Part shown: positions 25,760 through 35,368 of the stretch, piece after piece
Numbering within the stretch: position 1 is the first letter of the stretch
Layout: the number at the start of each line of letters is the position of its first letter
NCBI RefSeq assembly: GCF_947581785.1
Contig: NZ_CANPVO010000011.1
Span: 1,850 to 65,849, forward strand
Length of the DNA stretch: 64,000 bases
From: Candidatus Palauibacter polyketidifaciens
GTDB lineage: Bacteria > Gemmatimonadota > Gemmatimonadetes > Palauibacterales > Palauibacteraceae
Reading direction: 5' to 3'
Program-made: the position numbers and the translations under genes
Notes under the pieces: generated by a model
Databases searched by the model: none
The model's input: the letters and a program-made list of their open reading frames with translations, nothing else
What the model was told of the DNA's origin: nothing

Positions 25760-27532
25760 ATGGGAGGATCCCGCTTGGTTCCTCGTCGGAAATCATCCTG
25801 GAGGTACGGTCTCGCTGCGGCGCTCGCGCTCGGGCTCGCGTCCGGCGTCGAGGCGCAGGGGCGCGCGGACCGCGCGGAAGGCTACCTCCGGTCCTTTCAC
25901 GACCTGAGGCTCTTCAACGGCGCGGCCCTCATCGTCGACGAGGGCGAGGTGCTGTTCGAGGGCGCGTTCGGCGAATCCGATTTCGCCGGGGGCGGCCGCA
26001 ACGCCCTCGACACCCGGTTCCGCGTCGCGTCGCTGACGAAGCAGTTCACGGCCGCGCTCATCCTGAGACTCGAGGAGGAGGGACTGCTGCGGGTCGAGGA
26101 CCCGGTGGGCCGCCATATCGAGGAATATCCGCCGGAAAACGCAGAACGGATCACGCTCCACCACCTGCTCACGCACACCTCCGGGCTGCCGAGCTACACG
26201 AACATGCCGGGGTTCCTGGAGTGGGAGGCCGCAACTCCGTTCTCGCCGGGGGAGATCGTCGCGCTCACGTGGGAGGAGGCGCTCTCCTTCGAGCCGGGCA
26301 CGGACTTCGAGTACTCGAACTCGGGCTACGTACTCCTGGGCTGGATCGCGGAACGGGTCACGGGGCTGAGCTACGACGAGGCGCTCCGCACGTACGTGCT
26401 CGGACCGCTGGAGTTGAGCGATACGGGGTACGATCATGCGCTCCGGCCGCCGGAGGGCCACGCGGCCGGCCACACGCGGGACCTCGGCGGTTACCGGCCG
26501 GCGCGCCTCATCGACCCGACCGTGCCCCATGCCGCCGGCATGCTGTACTCCACCGCCGGCGACCTCGCCCGCTGGGGCGGCGGCCTCTTCGTCGACGGAG
26601 GCCTGTTCCGGGACACGGCGACGCTGGCGCGCATGACGACACCCGGCCTCGAGTCCGGATCCTACGGGTACGGCGTGGGCGTGCGGACGCGGGACATCGG
26701 AGACGACCGCGGCGTGCGCGTGATCGAACACTCGGGAGGGATCTTCGGCTTCTCCTCCTACCTGCGCGTCTTCCCGGACCACGACCGCCTCATCGTGCTG
26801 CTGGACAACACGTCCTCGGACCTGGGACCGCTCCTGGAGGGACTGACCAACCTGCTGTGGGGGGCCGAAGCCGTGCGCCCGAAACCGTCGATCGCGGAAC
26901 GGCTGCGGCCGATCGTCGAGGCGGGCGGGGTCGAGGCAGCGATGTCGAGGTACGAGAACTGGCGGCGCACGCGGCCGGAGGAATACGACTACTCCGCCGG
27001 CCAGATCCTGAGGCTCGCGGGCCATTTCCGGGAGGACGAGCCGGGCACGGCCATTGCGATCCTCGAGGCCTACGCGGTGGAGACGCCCGAACCCGCCGCG
27101 ATCCGCTTCGCGCTCTCCGAGCTTCACGAGGAGGCCGGGGATCCGGAGGCGGCGGCCGCCCACATCCGGGAGGCGCTCACATACGCTCCCGGCATGCCCC
27201 GGCTCCTGGAGCGTCTGTCGGAGCTGGGCGTCGAGCCCGATCCGGCGCTCACGCTCCCCGTCGTGCGCGCCGAACCCGGGAGTCTGTCGCTTTTCGTGGG
27301 CGAGTACCGCATCGACCCGACCACTACGCTGACCGTGACGCTCGAGGAGGGCGTCCTCATGGCCGCGCGCACCGGCGAGGCGGCGTTCCGACTCCTCCCG
27401 CAGTCACCGACGACCTTCCTCCTGCACGGTTCCGCCCTGCAGTTCGAGTTCGAGGTCGCCGACGGGGTCGCGAGGGCGGTCTCCGTGGTGGAGGCGGACC
27501 AGCGCCTCACCTTCCCCAGAATCGGGAACTGA
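25760..27532 (+). CDS. Serine hydrolase (beta-lactamase/transpeptidase-like family) with a C-terminal helical (TPR-like) extension
   Basis: Signal peptide present. S-x-x-K motif FRVASLTKQFTAALIL. A YSN motif (EYSNSGY) follows. C-terminal helical region of about 200 aa. Confidence 0.75.
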   Translation: MGGSRLVPRRKSSWRYGLAAALALGLASGVEAQGRADRAEGYLRSFHDLRLFNGAALIVDEGEVLFEGAFGESDFAGGGRNALDTRFRVASLTKQFTAALILRLEEEGLLRVEDPVGRHIEEYPPENAERITLHHLLTHTSGLPSYTNMPGFLEWEAATPFSPGEIVALTWEEALSFEPGTDFEYSNSGYVLLGWIAERVTGLSYDEALRTYVLGPLELSDTGYDHALRPPEGHAAGHTRDLGGYRPARLIDPTVPHAAGMLYSTAGDLARWGGGLFVDGGLFRDTATLARMTTPGLESGSYGYGVGVRTRDIGDDRGVRVIEHSGGIFGFSSYLRVFPDHDRLIVLLDNTSSDLGPLLEGLTNLLWGAEAVRPKPSIAERLRPIVEAGGVEAAMSRYENWRRTRPEEYDYSAGQILRLAGHFREDEPGTAIAILEAYAVETPEPAAIRFALSELHEEAGDPEAAAAHIREALTYAPGMPRLLERLSELGVEPDPALTLPVVRAEPGSLSLFVGEYRIDPTTTLTVTLEEGVLMAARTGEAAFRLLPQSPTTFLLHGSALQFEFEVADGVARAVSVVEADQRLTFPRIGN

Positions 27533-27548
27533 GCGGGCGGGGAGCCAC

Positions 27549-28667
27549 TTGCACGACTTCGCCGTCATCGGGCTCGGAGCCATCGGAGGCGCGACCGCAG
27601 CCGAACTCGTCCGGCGGGGACATTCGGTGGTCGGGTTCGACCGCCACACGCCCCCGCACACCATGGGGTCCGCGCACAGCGAGACGCGGATGATCCGCGA
27701 GGCGTGGTACCGGGGGTCTCCGTACATGCCGCTCGTCCGCGATGCCTGCCGCCGCTGGGCAGATCTCGAGCTTACGTCCGGCAGGACGCTGCTGCGGCCG
27801 GCGGGCGCCCTCATGATGGGGCCGGAGGACGGCCGCGTATTCGCGGGGAGTCCGCTTCGCGACGCCGCGCGGTCCGACACCGACGACCTCCTCCTCTCCG
27901 TCGGGGAGGTCGTCGAGCACTTCCCCTGGCTCCGGCCGGATCCCGGGACCGTCACCATCTACGAACCCGGTGCCGCGATCCTCTCACTGGAGGCCTGCCT
28001 CGAGGCGACGCTGGAGGCTGCGGAGGGCGCGGATCTGCTCTTCGACGAACCCGCGATGGAGTGGTCCGCCTCGGCTTCGGGCGTCCGGGTCCGGACGGAA
28101 CGGGGAGAGTACCCGGCGCGGCGGCTCGCGATCGCCGCGGGAGCCTGGACGCCGCAACTGCTTCCCGCGCTGTCCCTCCCGCTCGAGGTGGAGCGCACCG
28201 TCCAGTACTGGTTCGAGCCCGCGGGGGTGCATGCGGACGCGCTCGCGGAGGGTCCCGCCTGGGTGTGGGAACTCGAACGGGAGGGGACGTGGTACGGATT
28301 CCCGCCGAGTGCGCGGGGTCTCAAGGCGGGGATGCACTTCCAAGCCGGACGCGGGACCGATGTCGAGCAGGTCGACCGCGAGGTGGGGGCCTCCGAGACG
28401 GAGGATCTGCGACGGCTGTTCGCGCGGTACGCGCCGGGCGTCGCCGGCGCGCTGGCTCACGCCTCCGTCTGTCTCTACACGAACACGCCCGACGAAGACT
28501 TCATCCTAGACCGCCACCCCGAGCACTCCCGCGTCGCGATCTTCGCCGGGGGCTCCGGCCACGCCTTCAAGTTCGCGCCCACCCTCGGATCGCTCATGGC
28601 CGACCTCCTCACGGACGAGCCACGCCGCTACGCGCCGCCGATCTTCTCGATCGACCGTTTCGGGTGA
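27549..28667 (+). CDS. Monomeric sarcosine oxidase / N-methyl-L-tryptophan oxidase (MSOX/MTOX) family FAD oxidoreductase
   Basis: N-terminus DFAVIGLGAIGGATAAEL. Covalent-FAD Cys context ASVCLYTNTPDEDFILDRHPEHSRVAIFAGGSGHAFKF closely matches MSOX. TTG start. Confidence 0.8.
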   Translation: MHDFAVIGLGAIGGATAAELVRRGHSVVGFDRHTPPHTMGSAHSETRMIREAWYRGSPYMPLVRDACRRWADLELTSGRTLLRPAGALMMGPEDGRVFAGSPLRDAARSDTDDLLLSVGEVVEHFPWLRPDPGTVTIYEPGAAILSLEACLEATLEAAEGADLLFDEPAMEWSASASGVRVRTERGEYPARRLAIAAGAWTPQLLPALSLPLEVERTVQYWFEPAGVHADALAEGPAWVWELEREGTWYGFPPSARGLKAGMHFQAGRGTDVEQVDREVGASETEDLRRLFARYAPGVAGALAHASVCLYTNTPDEDFILDRHPEHSRVAIFAGGSGHAFKFAPTLGSLMADLLTDEPRRYAPPIFSIDRFG

Positions 28668-28711
28668 GACCGGAGACCGTCGCCAACGGTGTCCGCGCGT
28701 GGTAACCGAAC

Positions 28712-29338
28712 TCAGCCGCCGGGATCGGGCGCCAGTGGGATCTCACGGTTCAGGTCTATGTCCACGGCGTTGCCGCACAGCGTGCCCGAAGCACTTCCCG
28801 TCTGCATCAGATCGCTGAAGTTCAACCGGGACTCCACCGTGACCGAAACTTCGCAGACCCCGTTTCTTCCTTCGAGTCGGTATGCGAGAGCGCCAACCAT
28901 CGACACGTCGAGATCGAACACGAACACAAGCTCTTCCGGCATCGAAAACGCGTAGGTGCCCGTCTGTCGGAGGCTGGGCGCCCCATCGAGCGTGAACGTC
29001 CTGCCATTGGCGGTTTCCGTACAGCCCTCCGGCACCATCGTCAGATTCGCCAGCAACCGGAATCCGGTCTCGGTTTCCGAGGGGATCAGCGTCCCTCCCG
29101 CATTGACGACACCACCCCCCGCGCAGTTGGCCCTCACGCTCACGGTACCGGCGAAGGAGGCCGGATCCGCCTCCAACGGTCTCGTCCCGACGAGGTTGAT
29201 GGCCATGAGCAGCGCCTCGCTCTCCTCCAACGTCAGCACGGGCTCCTCAGGCTCCGTCGCGCCGTTACCGCAGCCCCACGTACTCCCTGCCACCGCCAGC
29301 AGGGCCGCAATGGACCCGGCTACTCCCGGATGTCTCAT
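28712..29338 (-). CDS. Hypothetical Cys-containing lipoprotein
   Basis: Lipobox STWGCGNG. Six Cys residues and no recognised domain. Confidence 0.5.
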   Translation of the reverse strand: MRHPGVAGSIAALLAVAGSTWGCGNGATEPEEPVLTLEESEALLMAINLVGTRPLEADPASFAGTVSVRANCAGGGVVNAGGTLIPSETETGFRLLANLTMVPEGCTETANGRTFTLDGAPSLRQTGTYAFSMPEELVFVFDLDVSMVGALAYRLEGRNGVCEVSVTVESRLNFSDLMQTGSASGTLCGNAVDIDLNREIPLAPDPGG

Positions 29339-29342
29339 CTCC

Positions 29343-32300
29343 TCACCTCCATTCCCCGCCGGGCTGTGTCCCGGCTGTCAGCCTCCCGCCGTCCCGAGGG
29401 CTCCCCGGCGACCCGGACCCGGCGAAGCGCAGGAAGAGGGCCGGAACGACGACCATGTTGAGCGTGGTGGAAGTCACGAGCCCCCCGAGGACGACGACGG
29501 CGAGCGGGGCCTGGATTTCCTTGCCCGGTTCGCCGATGCCCAGCGCGAGCGGGACGAGCGCGAGCCCCGCCGTGAGCGCCGTCATGAGGATCGGGCCGAG
29601 ACGTTCCATGGAGCCGCGCCGGATGCTCGGGCCGAGCCCGGCGCCCGCCGCGCGCAGGTCCTGGTAGCGGCTGACGAGAAGGATCCCGTTCCTCACCACG
29701 ATGCCGAACAGCGTGATGAACCCGACCAAAGTCGCGATGTTCACCGTGCCGCCGATGATCAGGACCGCGAGCACGCCTCCGGCCAGCGCCAGAGGCAGGT
29801 TCACCATGAGCAGTGCCGCGACCCGGGCGCTCCCGAAGGCCCGGAACATGATGAGGAAGATGGCGGCGATCGAGAACAGCGAGAGCAGCGTGATCCGTCG
29901 CGTCGCCTCCCGTCCGCTCTCGAACTGGCCTCCGTACTCGACGTAGTAGCCCGGCGGCAGGTCGACCTGCGCGGCGACGCGCGACTGCAGCTCCTCCGCC
30001 GCCCCGCCCACGTCGCGCCCGGCGACGTTTGCGCTCACGACGATCTTCCGCTGCACGTTCTCCCGGCTGATCGTGTTGGGCCCCAGCGACGGCACGATCG
30101 ATGCGAGCTGCGAGAGCGGCACGGTCGTGCCCGACGGGGTCGTCATCAGCGTCCCGCCGATCGCCTCGGGGTCCGTGCGGTGCTCGTCCGCGTAGCGAAC
30201 GACGAGGTCGAAGGCGCGCTCCCCCTCCCGGATGAGCGACACCTCCTCTCCCTGAAACGCGACGTCGACGGCCGCGGCCATCTCGGCCGGCGTGACGCCG
30301 TGACGGGCCATGGCTCGGCGGTCGGCGCGGACCTGAAGCTGGGGGATGTCCGCCTGCCTCTCGACGGAGACGTCCACGAGGCCCTCCACGGTCCCCGCGA
30401 CCGTCTCGATCTCGCCGGCGATGTCGCGCAGCTGCCGGAGGTCGGGCCCGAACAGGTTCGCCGCGATGGCGGCCCGCGTGCCCGAGAGCATGTGGTCGAT
30501 CCGGTGCCCGATCGGCTGTCCGATCGTGACATTCGTCCCGGGAAGCCCCGCCAGTTCGCCCCGGAGCGCGGCCATGACCTCCTCCAGGTCGTGCTCCGAG
30601 AGGTCCAGCCGCGCGTCGACCTCGGAGGCGTTGGCGCCCTGCGCGTGCTCGTCGAGTTCGGCCCGGCCGGTCCGCCGCGACGTGGAGACGACGGCCGGGT
30701 GCGCCAGAAGCTGGCGCTCCACGCGGGCCCCGATCGCATCGGACTCCACCAGCGACGTCCCGGGCAGGCTCACGACGGAGATCGTCAGCGTCCCCTCCTG
30801 GAACTCGGGCAGGAATCCGCGCCCCAGCGAGGGCACGAGCGCCAGGGTGCCGGCGAGCAGGAGCGCCGCGCCGCCAATCACGGCCCCGGACCGGCGCAGC
30901 GCCGCGTCGAGGACGCGCCCGTACGCCCGTTCGAGCCCGCGCATCAGCCACGGGTCGCGCGGGCGGGCGATCGCCCGATCCCCCGGCAGAAGCATGTGGC
31001 AGAGCGCCGGCGTCACCGTGACCGCGACGAGGAGCGATGACAGGATGCTCACGATGTACGCGAGCCCGAGCGGCCGGAGCATCCGCCCCTCCACGCCGGA
31101 GAGGAAGAAGAGCGGGACGAAGACGATGGAGATGATGAGCGTCGCGCTGAGGATCGGGTTCCGGATCTCCCGCGCCGCATCCCGGATGAGGGACAGCGTC
31201 TGTCGTCGGCGCTCCGGCGGGCGGCGGCGGTCCTCGCGCAGGCGGCGGTACACGTTCTCGACGACGATGATCGCGTCATCGACGAGGGCGCCGATGGCGA
31301 TGGCCATGCCGCCGAGCGTCATCGTGTTGATCGTGCCACCAAGGAGCCGCAGCACGATGACGGCCAGGGCGAGCGACAGCGGGATCGCGAGCACGGAGAT
31401 CGCCGTCGTCCTCAGGTTCCAGAGGAAGAGCAGGAGCACCGCGATGACGAGCAGCGCACCGTCGCGCAGGGCTTCGATGACGTTTTCCACGGCAAGCGAT
31501 ATGAAGTCCGCCTGTCGGAACACGGACCGCTCGAAGGCCACGCCCGCCGGGAGTTCCGCTTCGATTTCATTCAGTTCGGCGTCGATTCGCTCCGTCAGCT
31601 CCAGCGTGTTGGCGCCGGGCTGTTTCTGGATCGAGAGCACGACGGCGGGCTCCGCGTTCACGGAGGCGGTGCCGAGCCGGACGCGCGGACCGATCCGAAC
31701 CTCCGCCAGGTCCTCGATGAGGACCGGTACCCCCTCCCGCACGGCGACGACGGTGAGGCCGATCTCCTTGAGGTCGCGCGCGCGGCCGATGCCCCGGATC
31801 AAGATCTCGCGCCCGCCCGAGCGATAGACGCCTCCAGACGCGTTCCGGTTCGAGCCCGCCGCCGCCTCGAGCACCTGGTCCAGCCCGACGCCGTATGCGA
31901 GCAGGCGCTCGGGACGGATCAGGACCTGGTACTGGCGGACCTGTCCGCCGATGGCGACGACCTGCGAGACGCCGGGCACGGCGAGCAGCCTTCGCCGCAC
32001 GGTCCAGTCGGCCGCCGTCCGCGCCTCCATGAGTTGCGCGGCGGGCGCGCTCATGCCGACGAGCAGGATCTCTCCCATGATCGAACTCACGGGGGCGAGG
32101 ACGGGCGCGCTCACATCGTCGGGCAGCTGGGCCGTGGCGAGTTGAAGCCGCTCGTTCACGGTCTGCCGGGCGCGGAGGATGTCCGTCCCCCAATCGAAAT
32201 CCACCCAGACGATGCTGATCCCCTGCGCCGAGCTCGACCGGACCCGGCGTACGCCGGCCGCTCCGTTCACCGCGGTTTCGACGGGGAAGGTGACGAGACT

Positions 32301-32492
32301 CTCCACCTCTTCCGGGGCAAGTCCGTGGGCGTCGCTGAGCACCGTCACGGTGGGGGCGGTGAGGTCGGGAAAAACATCGACGGGCAGCGTGGCCGCCACC
32401 CAGCCCCCGCCCGCCAGGAGGAGGGCCCCGGCGGCCACGGCGAGGAAACGGTTCTCCAGGGAAGCGTGGACGAGTCGGTCCAGCAATCGCAT
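29343..32492 (-). CDS. Heavy-metal-efflux RND transporter (CzcA/CusA family)
   Basis: N-terminus MRLLDRLVHASLENRFLAVAAGALLL...VDVFPDLTAPTVTVLSDAHGLAPEEVE is typical of HME-RND. The start codon abuts the stop of the adaptor gene. The long upstream extension in the ORF track is rejected. Confidence 0.9.
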   Translation of the reverse strand: MRLLDRLVHASLENRFLAVAAGALLLAGGGWVAATLPVDVFPDLTAPTVTVLSDAHGLAPEEVESLVTFPVETAVNGAAGVRRVRSSSAQGISIVWVDFDWGTDILRARQTVNERLQLATAQLPDDVSAPVLAPVSSIMGEILLVGMSAPAAQLMEARTAADWTVRRRLLAVPGVSQVVAIGGQVRQYQVLIRPERLLAYGVGLDQVLEAAAGSNRNASGGVYRSGGREILIRGIGRARDLKEIGLTVVAVREGVPVLIEDLAEVRIGPRVRLGTASVNAEPAVVLSIQKQPGANTLELTERIDAELNEIEAELPAGVAFERSVFRQADFISLAVENVIEALRDGALLVIAVLLLFLWNLRTTAISVLAIPLSLALAVIVLRLLGGTINTMTLGGMAIAIGALVDDAIIVVENVYRRLREDRRRPPERRRQTLSLIRDAAREIRNPILSATLIISIVFVPLFFLSGVEGRMLRPLGLAYIVSILSSLLVAVTVTPALCHMLLPGDRAIARPRDPWLMRGLERAYGRVLDAALRRSGAVIGGAALLLAGTLALVPSLGRGFLPEFQEGTLTISVVSLPGTSLVESDAIGARVERQLLAHPAVVSTSRRTGRAELDEHAQGANASEVDARLDLSEHDLEEVMAALRGELAGLPGTNVTIGQPIGHRIDHMLSGTRAAIAANLFGPDLRQLRDIAGEIETVAGTVEGLVDVSVERQADIPQLQVRADRRAMARHGVTPAEMAAAVDVAFQGEEVSLIREGERAFDLVVRYADEHRTDPEAIGGTLMTTPSGTTVPLSQLASIVPSLGPNTISRENVQRKIVVSANVAGRDVGGAAEELQSRVAAQVDLPPGYYVEYGGQFESGREATRRITLLSLFSIAAIFLIMFRAFGSARVAALLMVNLPLALAGGVLAVLIIGGTVNIATLVGFITLFGIVVRNGILLVSRYQDLRAAGAGLGPSIRRGSMERLGPILMTALTAGLALVPLALGIGEPGKEIQAPLAVVVLGGLVTSTTLNMVVVPALFLRFAGSGSPGSPRDGGRLTAGTQPGGEWR

Positions 32493-32494
32493 CC

Positions 32495-33997
32495 TCAGTG
32501 CGGATGCCCGTGGTCCAAGATCTCCACTTCGCCGAGCGAGGCCAGTCTCACCTGGTAGGCGCCGACCGCGACGACCTGCTCCCCGCTCGCAACGCCGGAG
32601 TGAACGATGGTCCACGATCCGTCCGAGGGGCCGGTCTCCACCACCCGCCGCTGAAACGCTTCGCCGCCGACCTTCACGTAGACGACGGAGAGCCCGTCTT
32701 CGTCCAGGATCGCCGGCGTCGGGACCACCACGCCTTCCACGGGCTCGCCGAGGAGCAGATGTCCCTCGGCCAGCATCCCCACCTTGAGCACCCCGCCCGG
32801 GTTCGCCACCGCGAACCGAACCGGGAGCGCCCGGCTCTCCGGATCGATGATGCTGCCCACGGACACGACGCGGTCGGCGGCGTGCGTGCGGGTCGCGCCC
32901 TCGACGGTGAACCATGCGCCGCTGACTCCGCCGGCCGCTTCGGCGTGGCGGGCCGGAACCCGCGCGACGAACCACAGCGGATCGGGCCGCACGACCGTGA
33001 ACGCGTGCGTCCCGGTGGCGACGTGCTCGCCGGGGGCCACGTGACGATCCGCGATCACGCCCCCGATCGGACTCCGAAGCCGGTAGACGTTCGGATCGGA
33101 ACCGTCGTCCCCGTCGGCGGAGAGACTGCCTCCCACTGCCTCGAACGCCGACCGGGCCACCTCGAGGTCATGGTGGGCCTCTTCCAGACGGCGCTCGGCG
33201 ATGGCTCCGGCGGCGAAGAGACGCTCTGCCCGGGCCGCCTCGCGCTCGGCATCCTCCACATCCGCCAGCATGCGGGCGTACGAATCGTGGAGGCTCGTGG
33301 GGGCGATCAAGGCCAACGTCTCTCCCTCCCGCACCGCCTGGCCCGGGGCGGGCGACGGCCCCTGGACGAGCACGAGGCCCTCCACCGGCGTCGAGACGTG
33401 CGCGAGACCGCCCGCGGGAGCCGTGATCTCCCCGGTGACCGGGATCGAGTTCGGAATCCGGCGCGTCTCCGCGACCGCAACCTCGAACGGCATCGCCCAC
33501 TGCTCTTCCTTCAGGAGCGCGATCAGCCCCGGAAGCGGCTGCTCCACGTCGTGCGGGAGCGCATCTTCGCTCGCGAACACCTCCAGCTGCCCCATCGAGA
33601 TCGTGTGGTCCGCGCCGCGGGCCGTGAGGGTCAGGTCCGCCCGCCATGTCCCGACCTCCGTGAGGGTCGGGCTCGCGCTGTAGACGCCCGGGCTCGCCGG
33701 GGCCTGCATGACGATCTCTTCGCGGGCGCCGCCGGGTCCCCGGAGCACCAGCCGGAGGCGTCCCTCCCGCACCGGCTTCCAGTCCGCCAGCCACGTGAGG
33801 TGGATGCCCCACGGTTCGCTCGCGACCTCCCGGACGTGCGGAGGGTACTCGACGAAGAGTTCGAGCGACTCGGTCCAGTGCGTCACGACACCACCGCCGG
33901 CATGGGAATGGGTGGCCGCCGCCTCGTCGGCGGACGGTGAATCACACCCCGCACAAGAGAACGCCGCCGCAAGGGCGACCGCCCGGTTCACGCGCAT
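32495..33997 (-). CDS. RND efflux periplasmic adaptor (CzcB/CusB-like) with an extra N-terminal beta-rich domain and a His-rich C-terminus (HGHPH)
   Basis: Lipoprotein-like AFSCAGC. The hairpin and barrel sandwich region is typical of membrane-fusion proteins (GEITAPAGG...VSTPVEGLV...RLRSPIGGVIA). The C-terminus reads EILDHGHPH. Confidence 0.85.
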   Translation of the reverse strand: MRVNRAVALAAAFSCAGCDSPSADEAAATHSHAGGGVVTHWTESLELFVEYPPHVREVASEPWGIHLTWLADWKPVREGRLRLVLRGPGGAREEIVMQAPASPGVYSASPTLTEVGTWRADLTLTARGADHTISMGQLEVFASEDALPHDVEQPLPGLIALLKEEQWAMPFEVAVAETRRIPNSIPVTGEITAPAGGLAHVSTPVEGLVLVQGPSPAPGQAVREGETLALIAPTSLHDSYARMLADVEDAEREAARAERLFAAGAIAERRLEEAHHDLEVARSAFEAVGGSLSADGDDGSDPNVYRLRSPIGGVIADRHVAPGEHVATGTHAFTVVRPDPLWFVARVPARHAEAAGGVSGAWFTVEGATRTHAADRVVSVGSIIDPESRALPVRFAVANPGGVLKVGMLAEGHLLLGEPVEGVVVPTPAILDEDGLSVVYVKVGGEAFQRRVVETGPSDGSWTIVHSGVASGEQVVAVGAYQVRLASLGEVEILDHGHPH

Positions 33998-34096
33998 GAC
34001 ACCTCCTCGACTGCGAACCTCTCCCAGCCGCTCAACGTTGCCCGACGTCCGGCCGCGGGCCAGAGCCGCCGAAACCTCGACCCGGGAGCGGCCCGT

Positions 34097-34143
34097 ACTG
34101 TCCGACAGAGCGCGGATACACCCGCGGATGGACTGTCCGGCAG
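34097..34143. promoter_or_regulatory. Two copies of a near-palindromic 12-mer, ACTGTCCGACAG and ACTGTCCGGCAG, spaced 35 bp apart and flanking a CCGCGG-containing direct repeat. Candidate operator in the efflux-operon promoter region.
   Basis: Read directly. Located about 100-145 bp upstream of the adaptor start. Confidence 0.3.
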
Positions 34144-34194
34144 GGGGTGGACGCGCCACCTTGAAGCATACGCCATGCGCGGAAGAGGAAACCC

Positions 34195-34257
34195 GATGAG
34201 AAAGATCGCCATCGTCGTCGCCGTTTTCGTCATTCGGAAGCTGCTCAAGAAGCTCTG
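34195..34257 (+). CDS. Candidate 20-aa small hydrophobic/cationic peptide (MRKIAIVVAVFVIRKLLKKL)
   Basis: A GAGGAA Shine-Dalgarno sits 5 nt upstream of the ATG. The peptide has a hydrophobic core plus a cationic tail. It is followed by two CTGACGGCGGACG direct repeats. Not conserved to my knowledge. Confidence 0.25.
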
Positions 34258-34305
34258 ACGGCGGACGCCACACTCTGACGGCGGACGAAAACCTCCCGAC
34301 CCCGC

Positions 34306-35079
34306 TCAGTCCGGCGAGGGTCCGATCCTTCCCGGCCTCATTGCCGTGATGAATTTAACGGGCTTCAGCGCCTCCCGGTCGTACGAGAAGTAGATGAAGA
34401 AGGGCCGGCCCTGCATCTTCCCGCGCTCGACGAAGCCCCAGTACCGTGAATCGAGGCTCTCCTCCCGGTTATCCCCCAACATGAAGTAGCGTTCCGGCGG
34501 CACCACGAGGGGCCCCCAGTTGTCCCGCGTGGGTTTGTACTCGCCCCGCTCGGGATCCGGGATCAGGTGCGCGACTTGCCACTGCATCCGGAGATCCCCT
34601 TCATCCCGCTGTCGCGGATTCCGGCGGACGTAAGGCTCGTCGAGCGCGACGCCGTTCCGGTAGAGGATCCCCCCCTCCATGCGCAGCGTGTCGCCGGGCA
34701 GACCCAGGGTGCGCTTGACGATATCCAGCCCCGGAGAATGGTCCGCCCGGAACACGATGATGTCCCCGTATTCCGGCTCCGCGTATCCCGGGATGCGGGC
34801 ATTCGTAAACGGGATCGGCGCACCGAGCGACGTCTTGTTCACGAGCAGGAAATCGCCGACGAGGAGGGTCCCCTCCATCGACCCCGACGTGATCACGAAC
34901 GTCGCCAGCAGGAACGTCCGGAAGAACAGGAAGATGAGGAGCGCAACGAAGAGCGTGCGGCCCCAGTCGCGGAACCACGCCGCGCTGAACGCCGGCGGAG
35001 ACGGGGAACGTTCCCGCTTCCCTCCCGCGGCCTCGTCCGCCTCTCCGGAACCGTTCTTTACTTTCCGATCTCGTGCCAT
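34306..35079 (-). CDS. lepB: Signal peptidase I
   Basis: Catalytic-serine box VITSGSMEGTLLVGDFLLVNK. N-terminal TM segment. The C-terminus GRPFFIYFSYD is typical of S26 peptidases. Confidence 0.9.
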   Translation of the reverse strand: MARDRKVKNGSGEADEAAGGKRERSPSPPAFSAAWFRDWGRTLFVALLIFLFFRTFLLATFVITSGSMEGTLLVGDFLLVNKTSLGAPIPFTNARIPGYAEPEYGDIIVFRADHSPGLDIVKRTLGLPGDTLRMEGGILYRNGVALDEPYVRRNPRQRDEGDLRMQWQVAHLIPDPERGEYKPTRDNWGPLVVPPERYFMLGDNREESLDSRYWGFVERGKMQGRPFFIYFSYDREALKPVKFITAMRPGRIGPSPD

Positions 35080-35230
35080 GTTTCGGGACGCTCTTGCGGG
35101 GGTCGCCGGCGCCAACGGCACCGGGCGTCGTCGTCGGTTGCGGCGGACGCTACTCTGCGACCATGTCAGCCGCCATGCAAACACTCGGCCCTGCGGACGG
35201 ATCCAGCCAGCGCCGCGAGCTTCATGATCG

Positions 35231-35341
35231 TCAGTCCGGCCGGAGCCCGAACCTGCCCGGCCTCATGGCCGTCAGAACCCGAAACGGCTCGAGCGCGTCC
35301 CGATCGTATGAGAAGTAGACGAAGAAGGGCCTTCCCCGCAT
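35231..35341 (-). pseudogene. Duplicated 3'-terminal fragment of lepB. Encodes MRGRPFFVYFSYDRDALEPFRVLTAMRPGRFGLRPD, matching lepB residues 257-292.
   Basis: About 75% nucleotide and amino-acid identity to the lepB 3' end at 34309-34420. The fragment has no catalytic region. Confidence 0.6.
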
Positions 35342-35368
35342 CGTCAGAACCCCCGGCCCTCGGCATCG

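Noticed and set aside
29335-30951. 538-aa minus ORF in an alternative frame of czcA, and 28956..31040 plus ORF
   Set aside because: Alternative-frame artefacts. The CzcA frame gives the canonical HME-RND N-terminus and 12-TM pattern.
32493-32975. 161-codon N-terminal extension of czcA in the ORF track (32493..32975)
   Set aside because: The extension is RG-rich and overlaps the adaptor gene's 3' end. A canonical MRLLDRL... start abuts the adaptor stop.
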